Positions 1-7,836 of a DNA stretch of 13,628 nt are shown here, piece after piece; position 1 is the first letter of the stretch; every line of letters starts with the position of its first letter. This stretch comes from Octopus sinensis (Eukaryota): contig NW_021826028.1 in NCBI RefSeq assembly GCF_006345805.1, positions 1-13,628 on the forward strand, in the 5' to 3' direction. A program made the position numbers and the translations under genes. The notes under the pieces are model-generated. The model saw only the letters and a list, made by a program, of their open reading frames with translations, ran no database searches and was not told where the DNA came from.

Positions 1-100
1 GTACCCTTATCAGACGGGTAGTCATGAAAGGTATACTGGGCTTTGTATATTTGTACCCCAGTGTCACTTTGATGGCATGAACTGCTCTCTCACTCAATAA

Positions 101-135
<35 letters not shown>
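1..135 (+). mobile_element. Probable 3' end of a retroposon (SINE/LINE) with an (AAT)n tail, truncated by the window start
   Basis: Complex sequence at 1-95 runs directly into (AAT)n at 96-135, the usual layout of a retroposon tail. It resembles a cephalopod interspersed repeat from memory; family not established. Confidence 0.45.
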
Positions 136-138
<3 letters not shown>

Positions 139-281
139 CAAAACAACAACAACAACAACAACATAATAAACAATAATAATAAAGAGAAGAAGAAGAAGAA
201 GAAAAAGAAAGAGGAGGAGGAGAAGAAGAAGAAGAAGAAGAAGAAGAAGAAGAAGAACAACAACAACAACAACAACAACAA
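96..281. repeat. Compound trinucleotide microsatellite (AAT)n-(AAC)n-(AAT)n-(GAA/GAG)n-(AAC)n
   Basis: Directly visible. Confidence 0.97.
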
Positions 282-776
282 TAACTAAAACAGTACAAAC
301 AAAATATTTGGAGATGAGAGAAAATTAGAGAAAATTTGATAAAATAAACGAAATAAAGTAAAGATGAAAAATGAAAATTGAAAAGCAAGACAAATATGTT
401 TGATACAGAACAAGTTTCGATGTTCTTCTGAAGAAATAAGAAAATTGTCACGTTTCAAGAATGCAAAGAACATTCTAGAAACCAATTTCATTGCTAAAAG
501 AGAGAAGAAAAAAAAAAGGTTATAGAGGAAGAATAAATGGTAAAAAAAACATTGGAATAATGATGGAAATATTGAGAGAAGAGTTTTAAGAATGATGTCT
601 CCAGTTGGAGAGATATGATAACAGGCTTCGTCATTTGGAACCTTCCGGCAACCAAATTATGGTTTCGTAGTTGTTGCTGCTGTTGTTGTTGTCAGCTTTT
701 AATTTTTGAAGAGTTTTTTTTTTGAATTTAATGTCAATAATGGTTTGATTAAACGTTTAGCTGATGACCTTATGTA

Positions 777-965
777 GGTGTGTGTGTGTGTATATATATA
801 CATACATGTATGTGTGTGGATGTATATATGTATGCATGCATCTGTGTATATATGTAGGTGTGTATATATGTATGTATATGTATGTATATATGCATATATG
901 TGTGTGTGTATGCATATAACCTCACACATATATATATGTCTATATATGCATGTATGTATACATCT
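777..965. repeat. Degenerate (TG)/(TA)/(TATG) microsatellite
   Basis: Alternating purine-pyrimidine tract, directly visible. Confidence 0.93.
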
Positions 966-1028
966 ATGTCTAATCAACAGTTATGTAAATAAATTGATTT
1001 TGGTGTAGTCAAACTCTCCATTTTCTTT

Positions 1029-1029
1029 A

Positions 1030-1079
<50 letters not shown>

Positions 1080-1153
1080 TAGTAATGTATGTTCTGTATC
1101 TATATGTGTGTGAGTGTGTGTGTGTGTATGTATATATACATATACATACGTAC

Positions 1154-1227
<74 letters not shown>

Positions 1228-1428
1228 GTACATATGTATATTATATATACATATGTACATATATATATTTATGTGCATGTGTATGTATATGTATGTGTGT
1301 GTATGAATATGTGTGTATAAATATTTGTGTTTATATATATTATATATATGCACATATATACATATATATATGTTTATGTATATATGTATATATATATGTA
1401 TATATGTATATGTATATATTTATATATA

Positions 1429-1459
<31 letters not shown>

Positions 1460-1553
1460 CATACATATAAATATATATACATACATATATATGTATATAT
1501 AATATATATGTTTGTATGCATTTGTACATATATATGTGTGTGCGTGTGTGTGT
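1029..1553. repeat. (TAC)n at 1029-1079 followed by a long degenerate (TA)/(TG) microsatellite
   Basis: Directly visible; explains the overlapping Y/I/C/V-rich ORFs. Confidence 0.96.
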
Positions 1554-1794
1554 CTCAAAGGAGGTGGAAGTTAGAAAATGTGAGGAATCTGTGTGGAGGT
1601 GTGAGGAAATAAATTTATGAAAAATAACTGACTCGTTAAACACAATGTAAAACCTTCTGGAATTTAAGGAAGCAAGAAAGGAAGAAGAAATCTATGTTTA
1701 CATGTGCATATTTGTATGTGTTTGTGTATGTATAGGTGTATGTATTTGTATGAAACCATTCGGGAACATGAATTGGCTGTTAGGTAACTCAACT

Positions 1795-1966
1795 TATAAT
1801 ATCCTTTCTGTAATTCGATTACTCAACTGGTACTTATTCTATCGCTTCTAAAAGGATGACAGGCAAAGTCCACCTTGGTAGAATTTGGACACAGAATGTA
1901 AGGACGGATGAAATGCTGCTAAGCATTTTGCCAAGCATGCTAATGATTCCGTCAGCTTCTCACCTT
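1795..1966 (-). mobile_element. Diverged tRNA-derived SINE (second family) with internal deletions
   Basis: Minus strand reads AAGGTGAGAAGCTGACGGAATCATTAGCATG (A-box-like head), GTGTCCAAATTC (degenerate B box), then GGACTTTGCCTGTCATCCTTTTAGAAGCGATAGAATAAGTACCAG, which resembles the conserved central domain GCCTTTCATCC..GGGGTCGATAAA..AGTACCAG of metazoan SINEs (family recalled, not searched). Confidence 0.75.
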
Positions 1967-2204
1967 CACGTAATCTATAATATTGCATCAATAACACACC
2001 TACTCTTTTAGCTACAATTTTCAAGCTTATATATACAAAATTTTTCTGATTCATGGAAACTTATTGGATGACTATGTATATATATATATATATATACATA
2101 CAAAAGAAGGTTTGAAAATGCAATTTTAAAAGATGTTTATTTACTTTACTGGTTTCACTCTTTGGAAAAAGATTGTCAAATGTAACATGTTTGGTTGCGT
2201 TAAC

Positions 2205-2514
2205 TATTGGTTGTTACAAAATGCTACATTACATATATACAAGTCTTTGGCAACAAGAACATGTTAAGGATATAAGGAAGTTTAACAAGTTCCTTAAAAT
2301 ATTGGGCACAAAAGATTACAACATGAATATACATTCTCAAGAAAATGTTAAAGATAGTTTCCAGAAGGAATTATTAAAAAGTTCAGTGGGATATTGGTAT
2401 TGTAACACGCACAGAATATTGGTTGACACAGAGTACTACAATACATATATATACATTCTTTGGTGACAGGAGCATGTTAAGAACATAAAAGAGTTTAACA
2501 AGTTCATTGAAATA
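2205..2514 (+). repeat. Diverged ~95-bp tandem/direct repeat (two clear copies, one degenerate, one partial)
   Basis: TATTGG recurs at 2205, 2300, 2392 and 2417. Copies 2205-2299 and 2417-2514 share TATTGGTTG..CTACA.TACATATATA..TCTTTGG..ACA.GA.CATGTTAAG..ATAA..AGTTTAACAAGTTC.TT.AAATAT. Confidence 0.8.
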
Positions 2515-2534
2515 TATATATATATATATATATA

Positions 2535-2685
2535 TCATCATCATCATCATTTAACGTCCGTTTTCCATGCTAGCATGGGTTGGATGGTTCGACCGGGGTT
2601 TGGTAACCCATGGAGGCTGCACCAGGCTCCAGTCTGATTTGGCAGTGTTTCTACAGCTGGATGCCCTTCCTAACGCCAACCACTC
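2535..2685 (-). mobile_element. ~150-bp copy of the RTE 3' tail (truncated LINE or SINE sharing the tail) with (ATG)n tail
   Basis: Colinear with 3048-3200 and the reverse complement of 12092-12241; includes palindrome CCATGCTAGCATGG (2565-2578) and CTACAGCTGGATGCCC..TAACGCCAAC. Confidence 0.9.
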
Positions 2686-2717
<32 letters not shown>

Positions 2718-2754
2718 TCACATAATATATATAATATATACATTATATATATGC

Positions 2755-2813
<59 letters not shown>

Positions 2814-2915
2814 GTATATGTATATATATATGTTATATATCCATGTATGTAGTATGGAGGGGCATGTAAAAATACATACATGCATACACATATGCATACA
2901 CACACATACATACAT
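2686..2915. repeat. (TA)n / (CATA)n microsatellite tract
   Basis: Directly visible. Confidence 0.92.
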
Positions 2916-3006
2916 GTATATTCCATCAGTCTCCTTTGCCAAACTGTTATGTTATGGAGGGTCTTGAACACACCATCTGTTGTCAAGCGATGGTGTGGGG
3001 ACAGAT
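2916..3006 (-). mobile_element. Internal body fragment of the main SINE family
   Basis: Reverse complement TGTCCCC..CATCGCTTGACAACAGATGGTGTGTT..CAGTTTGGCAAAGGAGACTGATGGAA matches 6780-6864 of the long copy. Confidence 0.85.
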
Positions 3007-3218
3007 ATATATACACTTACATATACATACATATATATATGTGTATATCATCATCATCATCATCATGTTATGTCCGCTTTCCATGCTGGCATGGGTTAGA
3101 CAGTTTGACTGAGAAGTGGTGAGCTAAATGGCTGCACCAGGCTTCAATCTGATCTGGCAAAGTTTCTACAGCTGGATGCCCCTCTTAATGCCAACCACTC
3201 TAAGAATGTAGTGGGTGC

Positions 3219-3873
3219 TTTTATGTGCCACTAGCATGAAAGCCAGTCAGACGGTTCTGGCAACGACCTCACTCAAAAATTGTTTTTACGTGCTATACAT
3301 GCTTGGGAGCCAGCCCGGCAGCACTGGCAATAACCACACTCAAATGTTGTTTTTACGTGCTACATGCATGGGAGGCAGCCCGGCAGCACTGGCAATGACC
3401 ACACTCAAATGTTGTTTTTCATGTGCCACCAGCACATGTACTGGTAAGGCGACGCTGGCAATGATCACGCTCGAATGGTGCATTTTACATGCCAATGGCA
3501 GGGGAACCATTCTGGGGCCCTGACAATGATCATGCTCGGATGGTGCTATTAATGTTCCACTGGCACAAGTGTCCATCAAGCGGTACTGTCATCGGCCATG
3601 TCAACGATTTTGATTTGATTTCACTTGCCTCAATAGGTCTTCGTGAGCAAAGTTCATTGTCCAATGAATGATGGGTACTCATAAGTGGGCTGGTTACAAC
3701 CCATGTTTGGATGAGCTTTTAACATTCCACTGGCACAAGTGCCAATCAAGCGGTACTGTCATCGGCCACGACAGCAATTTTGATTTTGATTTTGATTTCA
3801 CTTGCCTCAATAGGTCTTCACAAGAAAGGTTTATTGTCCAATGAATGAGGAGTATTCATAAACGGGCTGGTTA
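3219..3873. repeat. 65-67-bp minisatellite plus a ~170-bp tandem duplication within the LINE 3'UTR
   Basis: Units start near 3219, 3283, 3350, 3415, 3482, 3547 and 3717 (TTTTACGTGC..CTGGCAATGACCACACTC.AATG.TG). Block 3547-3696 is repeated at 3717-3873. Confidence 0.9.
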
Positions 3874-3876
3874 GAC

Positions 3877-4324
3877 TCACTTAGCTTGTCGAGTCTTCTT
3901 AAGCACAGCATATCTCCAAAGGTCCCGGTCACTAGTCATTGCCTCGGTAAGGGCCAATATTCGAAGGTCATGCTTCACCACCTCATCCCAGATTTTTGTG
4001 GGTTTACCTCTTCCACAGGTTCCCTCAACCACTAGGGTGTGGCACTTTTTCACACAGCTGTCCTCCTCCATTCACAACACATGACCATACCAGTGCAGTC
4101 GTCTCACACCATATCTGATGCTTCTTAAATCCAACTTTTCTCTCAGGGTGCTTACACTCTGACATGTATGTACACTGACATTAGACATCAAGTGGAGCAC
4201 AATCGCTTCATTCCTTGCAAGCTTACACATGTCCTCAGCAGTCACGGCCCATGTTTTACTGCCATGTAGCATGGCTGTTCACACACATACAGTTTACCTT
4301 TTACTCTGAGCGAGAGGCTCTTTA
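3877..4324 (-). pseudogene. Decayed C-terminal region of RTE ORF2 (downstream of the RT core)
   Basis: KSLSLRVKGKLY/frameshift/CV*TAMLHGSKTWAVT..LREKL..RRLHWYGHVL*MEED..VEGTCGRGKPTKIWDEVVKHDL..DRDLWR matches RTE motifs (LYGxETW, RLRWxGHVxRM, GxRxRGRPxxxW, DRxxWR). In-frame TGA at 4072-4074 and 4279-4281. Confidence 0.93.
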
Positions 4325-4326
4325 TC

Positions 4327-4367
<41 letters not shown>

Positions 4368-4573
4368 GATATGTGATAGTTCAATTTGAAAACTCCACCA
4401 GAATGGATGCAAGCGCTAGTATATGATATATGATGTATAAAAACATGTAATATACAAATAAATATCTGTAAATATAAAACCATCCGAATTTCTGAGTACC
4501 TCATTTCTTCTAATATAAAATACCTGTACATCATCTCCAAACCTTCCAATATATATATATATATATAATTATA

Positions 4574-4695
4574 CCACTCACAAGGTATTGGTTGGCTCAA
4601 GGCTATGGTAGAAGGCCCAAGGTGGCATGCAGTAGAACTGAACCTGGAAGCAAGTGGTTGAGAAGTAAGTTTCTTACCACACAGCCACTCCTATG
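4574..4695 (-). mobile_element. 5' head fragment of the main tRNA-derived SINE
   Basis: Reverse complement AGGAGTGGCTGTGTGGTAAG..CAGGTTCAGTTC..CCTTGGGC..CCTTGTGAGTGG matches 6574-6699. Confidence 0.88.
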
Positions 4696-4977
4696 TCTTA
4701 TATCTATATATATAATATATATGATATAAGGATAAAATCATGTTAATGATTTTTATCAGGGAGTCAGCATGCTATAAAAATTTGTAGGTAATTTATACAT
4801 TCAATTAATAATTATATATATACATGTATATAATTATATTAAGGAAGCAAGAGCAAAAACGACCTATCTCCAACATCCTTGAAAATGCCAAGGCACTCAA
4901 ATACCATAAAAAAACTCCAAATTATATGTACACAGGGTTGTAATCGGGCAAGTGAAAGAATATTTTTAAAAATCGTC

Positions 4978-5030
4978 GCTCCAGCATGGCCACGGTCAAA
5001 TGACTGAAACAAGTAAAAGAGTAAAAGAGT
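4978..5030 (+). mobile_element. 3' tail fragment of the main SINE family
   Basis: GCATGGCCACGGTCAAATGACTGAAACAAGTAAAAGAGTAAAAGAG is nearly identical to 6922-6967. Confidence 0.9.
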
Positions 5031-5088
5031 TAATTGTGAATTGGATCTAATTTCTGGATTAAAGCCATGGAAACAGACTTTTTTCCTG

Positions 5089-5206
5089 TTTGGTCAGCCC
5101 AACGCTATAACAGAAGACACTTGCCCAAGGTGCCACACAGTGGGACTGAACCCAGAACCAGGTGGTTGGGAAGCAAGTTTCTTACCATACAACCACAACC
5201 CGCGCA
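5089..5206 (-). mobile_element. 5' head fragment of the main tRNA-derived SINE
   Basis: AGAAGACACTTGCCCAAGGTGCCACACAGTGGGACTGAACCC..CTTACCA is the reverse complement of the head at 6570-6690; B box intact. Confidence 0.92.
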
Positions 5207-5227
5207 CATACATACATATATACATAT

Positions 5228-5261
<34 letters not shown>

Positions 5262-5740
5262 TGATACTTATAATGTATGTATGCATATGTATATACACAT
5301 ATATAGATAGACAGACTGATAAAGATATGTGTATATATATGTGTGTATATAAACTTAAACAATAATTGCAAATGCTCATACACATACATAGTCAAATACA
5401 CGTCTGTGTGTGCGCATGGATGTGTGTGTATGCGTGTGTGTGCATGTGTGTGTATGTGCATGTGTGTGTGTGTGAGTGTGTATGTGCATGTGTGTGTATA
5501 TGCATGTGTGTATGTATGTGTATGTGCATGTGTGTGCATGTGTGAGTATGTGTGTGTGTGTGTGTATGTGTGTGTATGTGTGTGTGTGTATGTATGTGTG
5601 TGTGCAGTTGTATGTGTATGTGCATGTGTGTGTGTATGTGTGTATATGTGTGTATGTGCATGTGTCTGAATGTGTGTGTGTATGTCCATGTGTGTGTGTG
5701 TTCAGGTGTGTGTGTGTGTGTACATCTATCTAGCTACACA
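5207..5740. repeat. (TA)n then long degenerate (TG)n/(TATG)/(TGCA) microsatellite
   Basis: Directly visible. Confidence 0.95.
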
Positions 5741-5805
5741 CATATATTCCTATGAGTATTGATGTAGTGAGTTGACTGTATGTAGTCATCCACTCATACA
5801 AATAC

Positions 5806-6160
5806 ACATGTACACATATTAGACCTGACATATTGATTTGGGATAGAGAAGAGAAACTGTGTACAGTGGTGGAATTCAGCTGCCCAGCAGATGTGAACAC
5901 AAGGGCCAAAGATCAGCGAAAAAGAGAATACATTTGCTGAACTATTGAGGAATCTACAGCTATTCCGTCCAGGTTACAAGTTCAGGTCTCTACTCATAAT
6001 TACTGGGACCCTGGGATATGTAACACACTGCCTAAATACCAATCTTGAGAAATTAGGCTTCTCAAAACCAGAAACAAGAAAGCTGATTTGAAGACTACAG
6101 ATCCAGTCAATCACTGGAACTGTAAAAATCTGTAAAACTTTCCAGAAGTTTAGCATATCT
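5806..6160 (+). pseudogene. Frameshifted PD-(D/E)xK-type restriction-like endonuclease domain of a non-LTR retrotransposon
   Basis: Manual translation: TCTHIRPDILIWDREEKLCTVVEFSCPADVN/frameshift near 5905/KISEKENTFAELLRNLQ..IITGTLGYV..LEKLGFS..LI*RLQIQSITGTVKICKTF. It carries the RPD..E..P, K..K..(Y/F)..L and G.LG motifs of RLE domains. Not present in the ORF track. Confidence 0.88.
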
Positions 6161-6241
6161 TTATATGCAAATATATGCATGACAATACAGAACAAAGCAT
6201 ACAAATCTGCATGTGCACTCACTTTAAATACTGCATATATA

Positions 6242-6445
6242 TTAAGTTGGTGCAGAATTATTGCGCCTTTTTTCAATAAATTTTATTCAACAAAAACAAT
6301 AACAATATTTAACAAAAACGTCTTTAAGTGATTATTCTGGAGCATATTCACCATCCACTTCAATTTCTGCTTGATGTTTTGTTTAATTTTTTTATTGAAT
6401 AAAATTTATGGAAAAGAAAGCCACAAAAATTATGCACCAACCTAA
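6242..6445 (-). mobile_element. Non-autonomous mariner (MITE-like internal deletion derivative), 204 bp, TA target-site duplication
   Basis: Left end TA|TTAAGTTGGTGCAGAATTATTGCG; right end reverse complement TA|TTAGGTTGGTGCATAATTTTTGTG. Imperfect inverted repeats extend ~55-60 bp. TA at 6240-6241 and 6446-6447. Minus strand 6370-6332 encodes AEIEVDGEYAPE*, like a mariner transposase C-terminus. Confidence 0.92.
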
Positions 6446-6568
6446 TACATTCATACATACAAAAATACCCTGTAGATGTGGCTGAAATTCGAATGAAGGG
6501 GTCTTGGATCAAGTTAGAAACTGGCTCTTCCTCTTCTGGCAAAAAACCTTGAAATAAAACTGAATAAT

Positions 6569-6969
6569 GGTGCAGGAGTGGCTGTGTGGTAAGTAGCTTG
6601 CTTACCAACCACATAGTTCCGGGTTCAGTCCCACTGCGTGGAATCTTGGGCAAGTGTCTTCTACTATAGCCTCAGGCCAAACAAAGCCTTGTGAGTGGAT
6701 TTGGTAGACGGAAACTGAAAGAAGCCCGTCGTATATATGTATATATATATATGCGTGTGTATGTTTGTGTGTCTGTGTTTGTCCCCTTAGCATTGCTTGA
6801 CAACCGATGCTGGTGTGTTTATGTCACTGTCACTTAGCAGTTCGGCAAAAGAGACCGATAGAAAAAGTACTGGGCTTACAAAGAATAAGTCCCGGGGTCG
6901 ATTTGCTTGACTGAAACCGATGCATGGCCGCAGTCAAATGACTGAAACAAGTAAAAGAGTAAAAGAGAG
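6569..6969 (+). mobile_element. Near-complete tRNA-derived SINE (main family) with internal microsatellite and (GTAAAAGA) tail
   Basis: Pol III A box TGGCTGTGTGG at 6579-6589, B box GGTTCAGTCC at 6622-6631, CORE-like CTTGGGCAAGT, internal (TA/TG)n at 6732-6780, tail AAGTAAAAGAGTAAAAGAG. Six other fragments in the window match it. Confidence 0.93.
6579..6631 (+). promoter_or_regulatory. Internal RNA polymerase III type 2 promoter (A and B boxes) of the SINE
   Basis: TGGCTGTGTGG resembles the A box TRGCNNARYGG; GGTTCAGTCC resembles the B box GGTTCRANNC; spacing is tRNA-like. Confidence 0.7.
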
Positions 6970-6977
6970 TATACGAA

Positions 6978-7228
6978 CATACATACATACATAAATATGT
7001 ACATAATACATACACATATATGTATGTATATATACATATATATACACATATATATATATATGTGTGTGTATATACATATACACGCACACACATGCACACA
7101 CCACATGCACAATGTATAAAGATCAGGAAATGGTAATCTTTATTACGAACAATAACAACAACCACTTCCACCACCACCACAACCACCACCAATACCACCA
7201 AAACCACTACAATCCCTACCACAACAAC
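6978..7228. repeat. (CATA)/(TA)/(CA) tract and degenerate (AAC)/(ACC)n at 7147-7228
   Basis: Directly visible. Confidence 0.88.
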
Positions 7229-7369
7229 CAGAGTAATGGCAACATCAATAGAGTCTTGAATCTCTCCTCAGAGACTCTGGCATCATGGGAACAGTTTGGT
7301 ATGATATGACGTCCATGTTTGTTTGGGCAGTAAATAATGTTTTTTGTTTGGATAATAGATGGACGTACA

Positions 7370-7387
7370 AACACACGCACACATGCA

Positions 7388-7418
<31 letters not shown>

Positions 7419-7469
7419 TCATGTGTATATCTATCTATCTATATATATATATAAATATGTGTATGTATG

Positions 7470-7506
<37 letters not shown>

Positions 7507-7517
7507 GTTATATATAT
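7370..7517. repeat. (CA)n-(TA)n microsatellite
   Basis: Directly visible. Confidence 0.93.
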
Positions 7518-7520
7518 TTT

Positions 7521-7725
7521 TATAGTTAATCCAAACAAGGAAGCACAAAAAAAACACAACAACGCGAGGACGGGGAAGTATTATTGGATGCTCAGGAAAG
7601 AAGGAAAGAAGGAGGGTTTAACGTTTCGAGCGGAGCTCTTCGTCGGAAACATAGGAGAAGGAAAGATCCAAGGAAGGGAAGACAGAGGAAAAAAAATCGC
7701 CAACAGTACACACGCAGTCACAATA
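7521..7725 (-). mobile_element. Short hammerhead-bearing element, probably a Penelope-like pseudo-LTR fragment or retrozyme-like repeat
   Basis: ~200 bp of complex, CpG-retaining sequence between TA tracts, centred on a minimal hammerhead fold of the kind known from Penelope-like elements. Confidence 0.65.
7616..7650 (-). ncRNA. Minimal type I hammerhead ribozyme-like motif with variant core (CCGACGA)
   Basis: Minus strand: GUUU-CCGACGA-A-GAGC(UCC)GCUC-GAAA-CG-UU-AAAC. Stem I GUUU/AAAC, stem II GAGC/GCUC, GAAA, palindromic ACGU in place of stem III, UH site. Confidence 0.68.
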
Positions 7726-7727
7726 AG

Positions 7728-7836
7728 TATATATATACACATATATATACATACATACACACACACACACTCACACACATATTTATACATACAGATAAAT
7801 AGATAGATAAAAATAAATATATATATATATATATAT
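7728..7836. repeat. (TA)/(CA)/(GATA) microsatellite
   Basis: Directly visible. Confidence 0.9.

Larger units (their letters stand above)
3048..4324 (-). mobile_element. 5'-truncated RTE-clade LINE: C-terminal ORF, ~830-bp 3'UTR and (ATG)n tail
   Basis: ORF relic at 4324-3877 has RTE post-RT motifs. The 3'UTR ends in a palindromic stem (3081-3094) and an (ATG)n tail (3048-3066). TA-rich tracts flank both ends. Confidence 0.92.
5806..6568 (+). mobile_element. 3' end of a restriction-like-endonuclease (R2/R4/NeSL/HERO-group) non-LTR retrotransposon, interrupted by a mariner derivative
   Basis: Endonuclease relic at 5806-6160, then putative 3'UTR resuming after 6447 and ending in AATAAAACTGAATAAT (~6553-6568). 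The UTR extent is inferred. Confidence 0.72.

Noticed and set aside
750-780. CTGATGA followed by a CCT..AGG mini-stem as a hammerhead ribozyme
   Set aside because: No GAAA follows the stem; the sequence runs straight into (TG)n.
699-1643. Y/I/C/V/H/T-rich ORFs here and at 2610-3122, 5041-5755, 6830-7806 and 11731-12475
   Set aside because: They are translations of (TA)n/(TG)n microsatellites and SINE fragments.
2173-2466. 97-aa ORF as a gene
   Set aside because: It overlaps the diverged 95-bp repeat, starts at a non-ATG codon and has no recognisable motif.
3219-3600. CRISPR-like repeat array
   Set aside because: Units are homologous along their whole length with no unique spacers, there are no cas genes, and the array lies in a eukaryotic LINE 3'UTR.
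5974-6276. 100-aa minus-strand ORF as a gene
   Set aside because: It is antisense to the endonuclease relic and starts inside the mariner end.
6569-6640. tRNA gene
   Set aside because: A and B boxes are present but I could not build a full cloverleaf, and the sequence continues into a SINE body with several diverged copies in the window.
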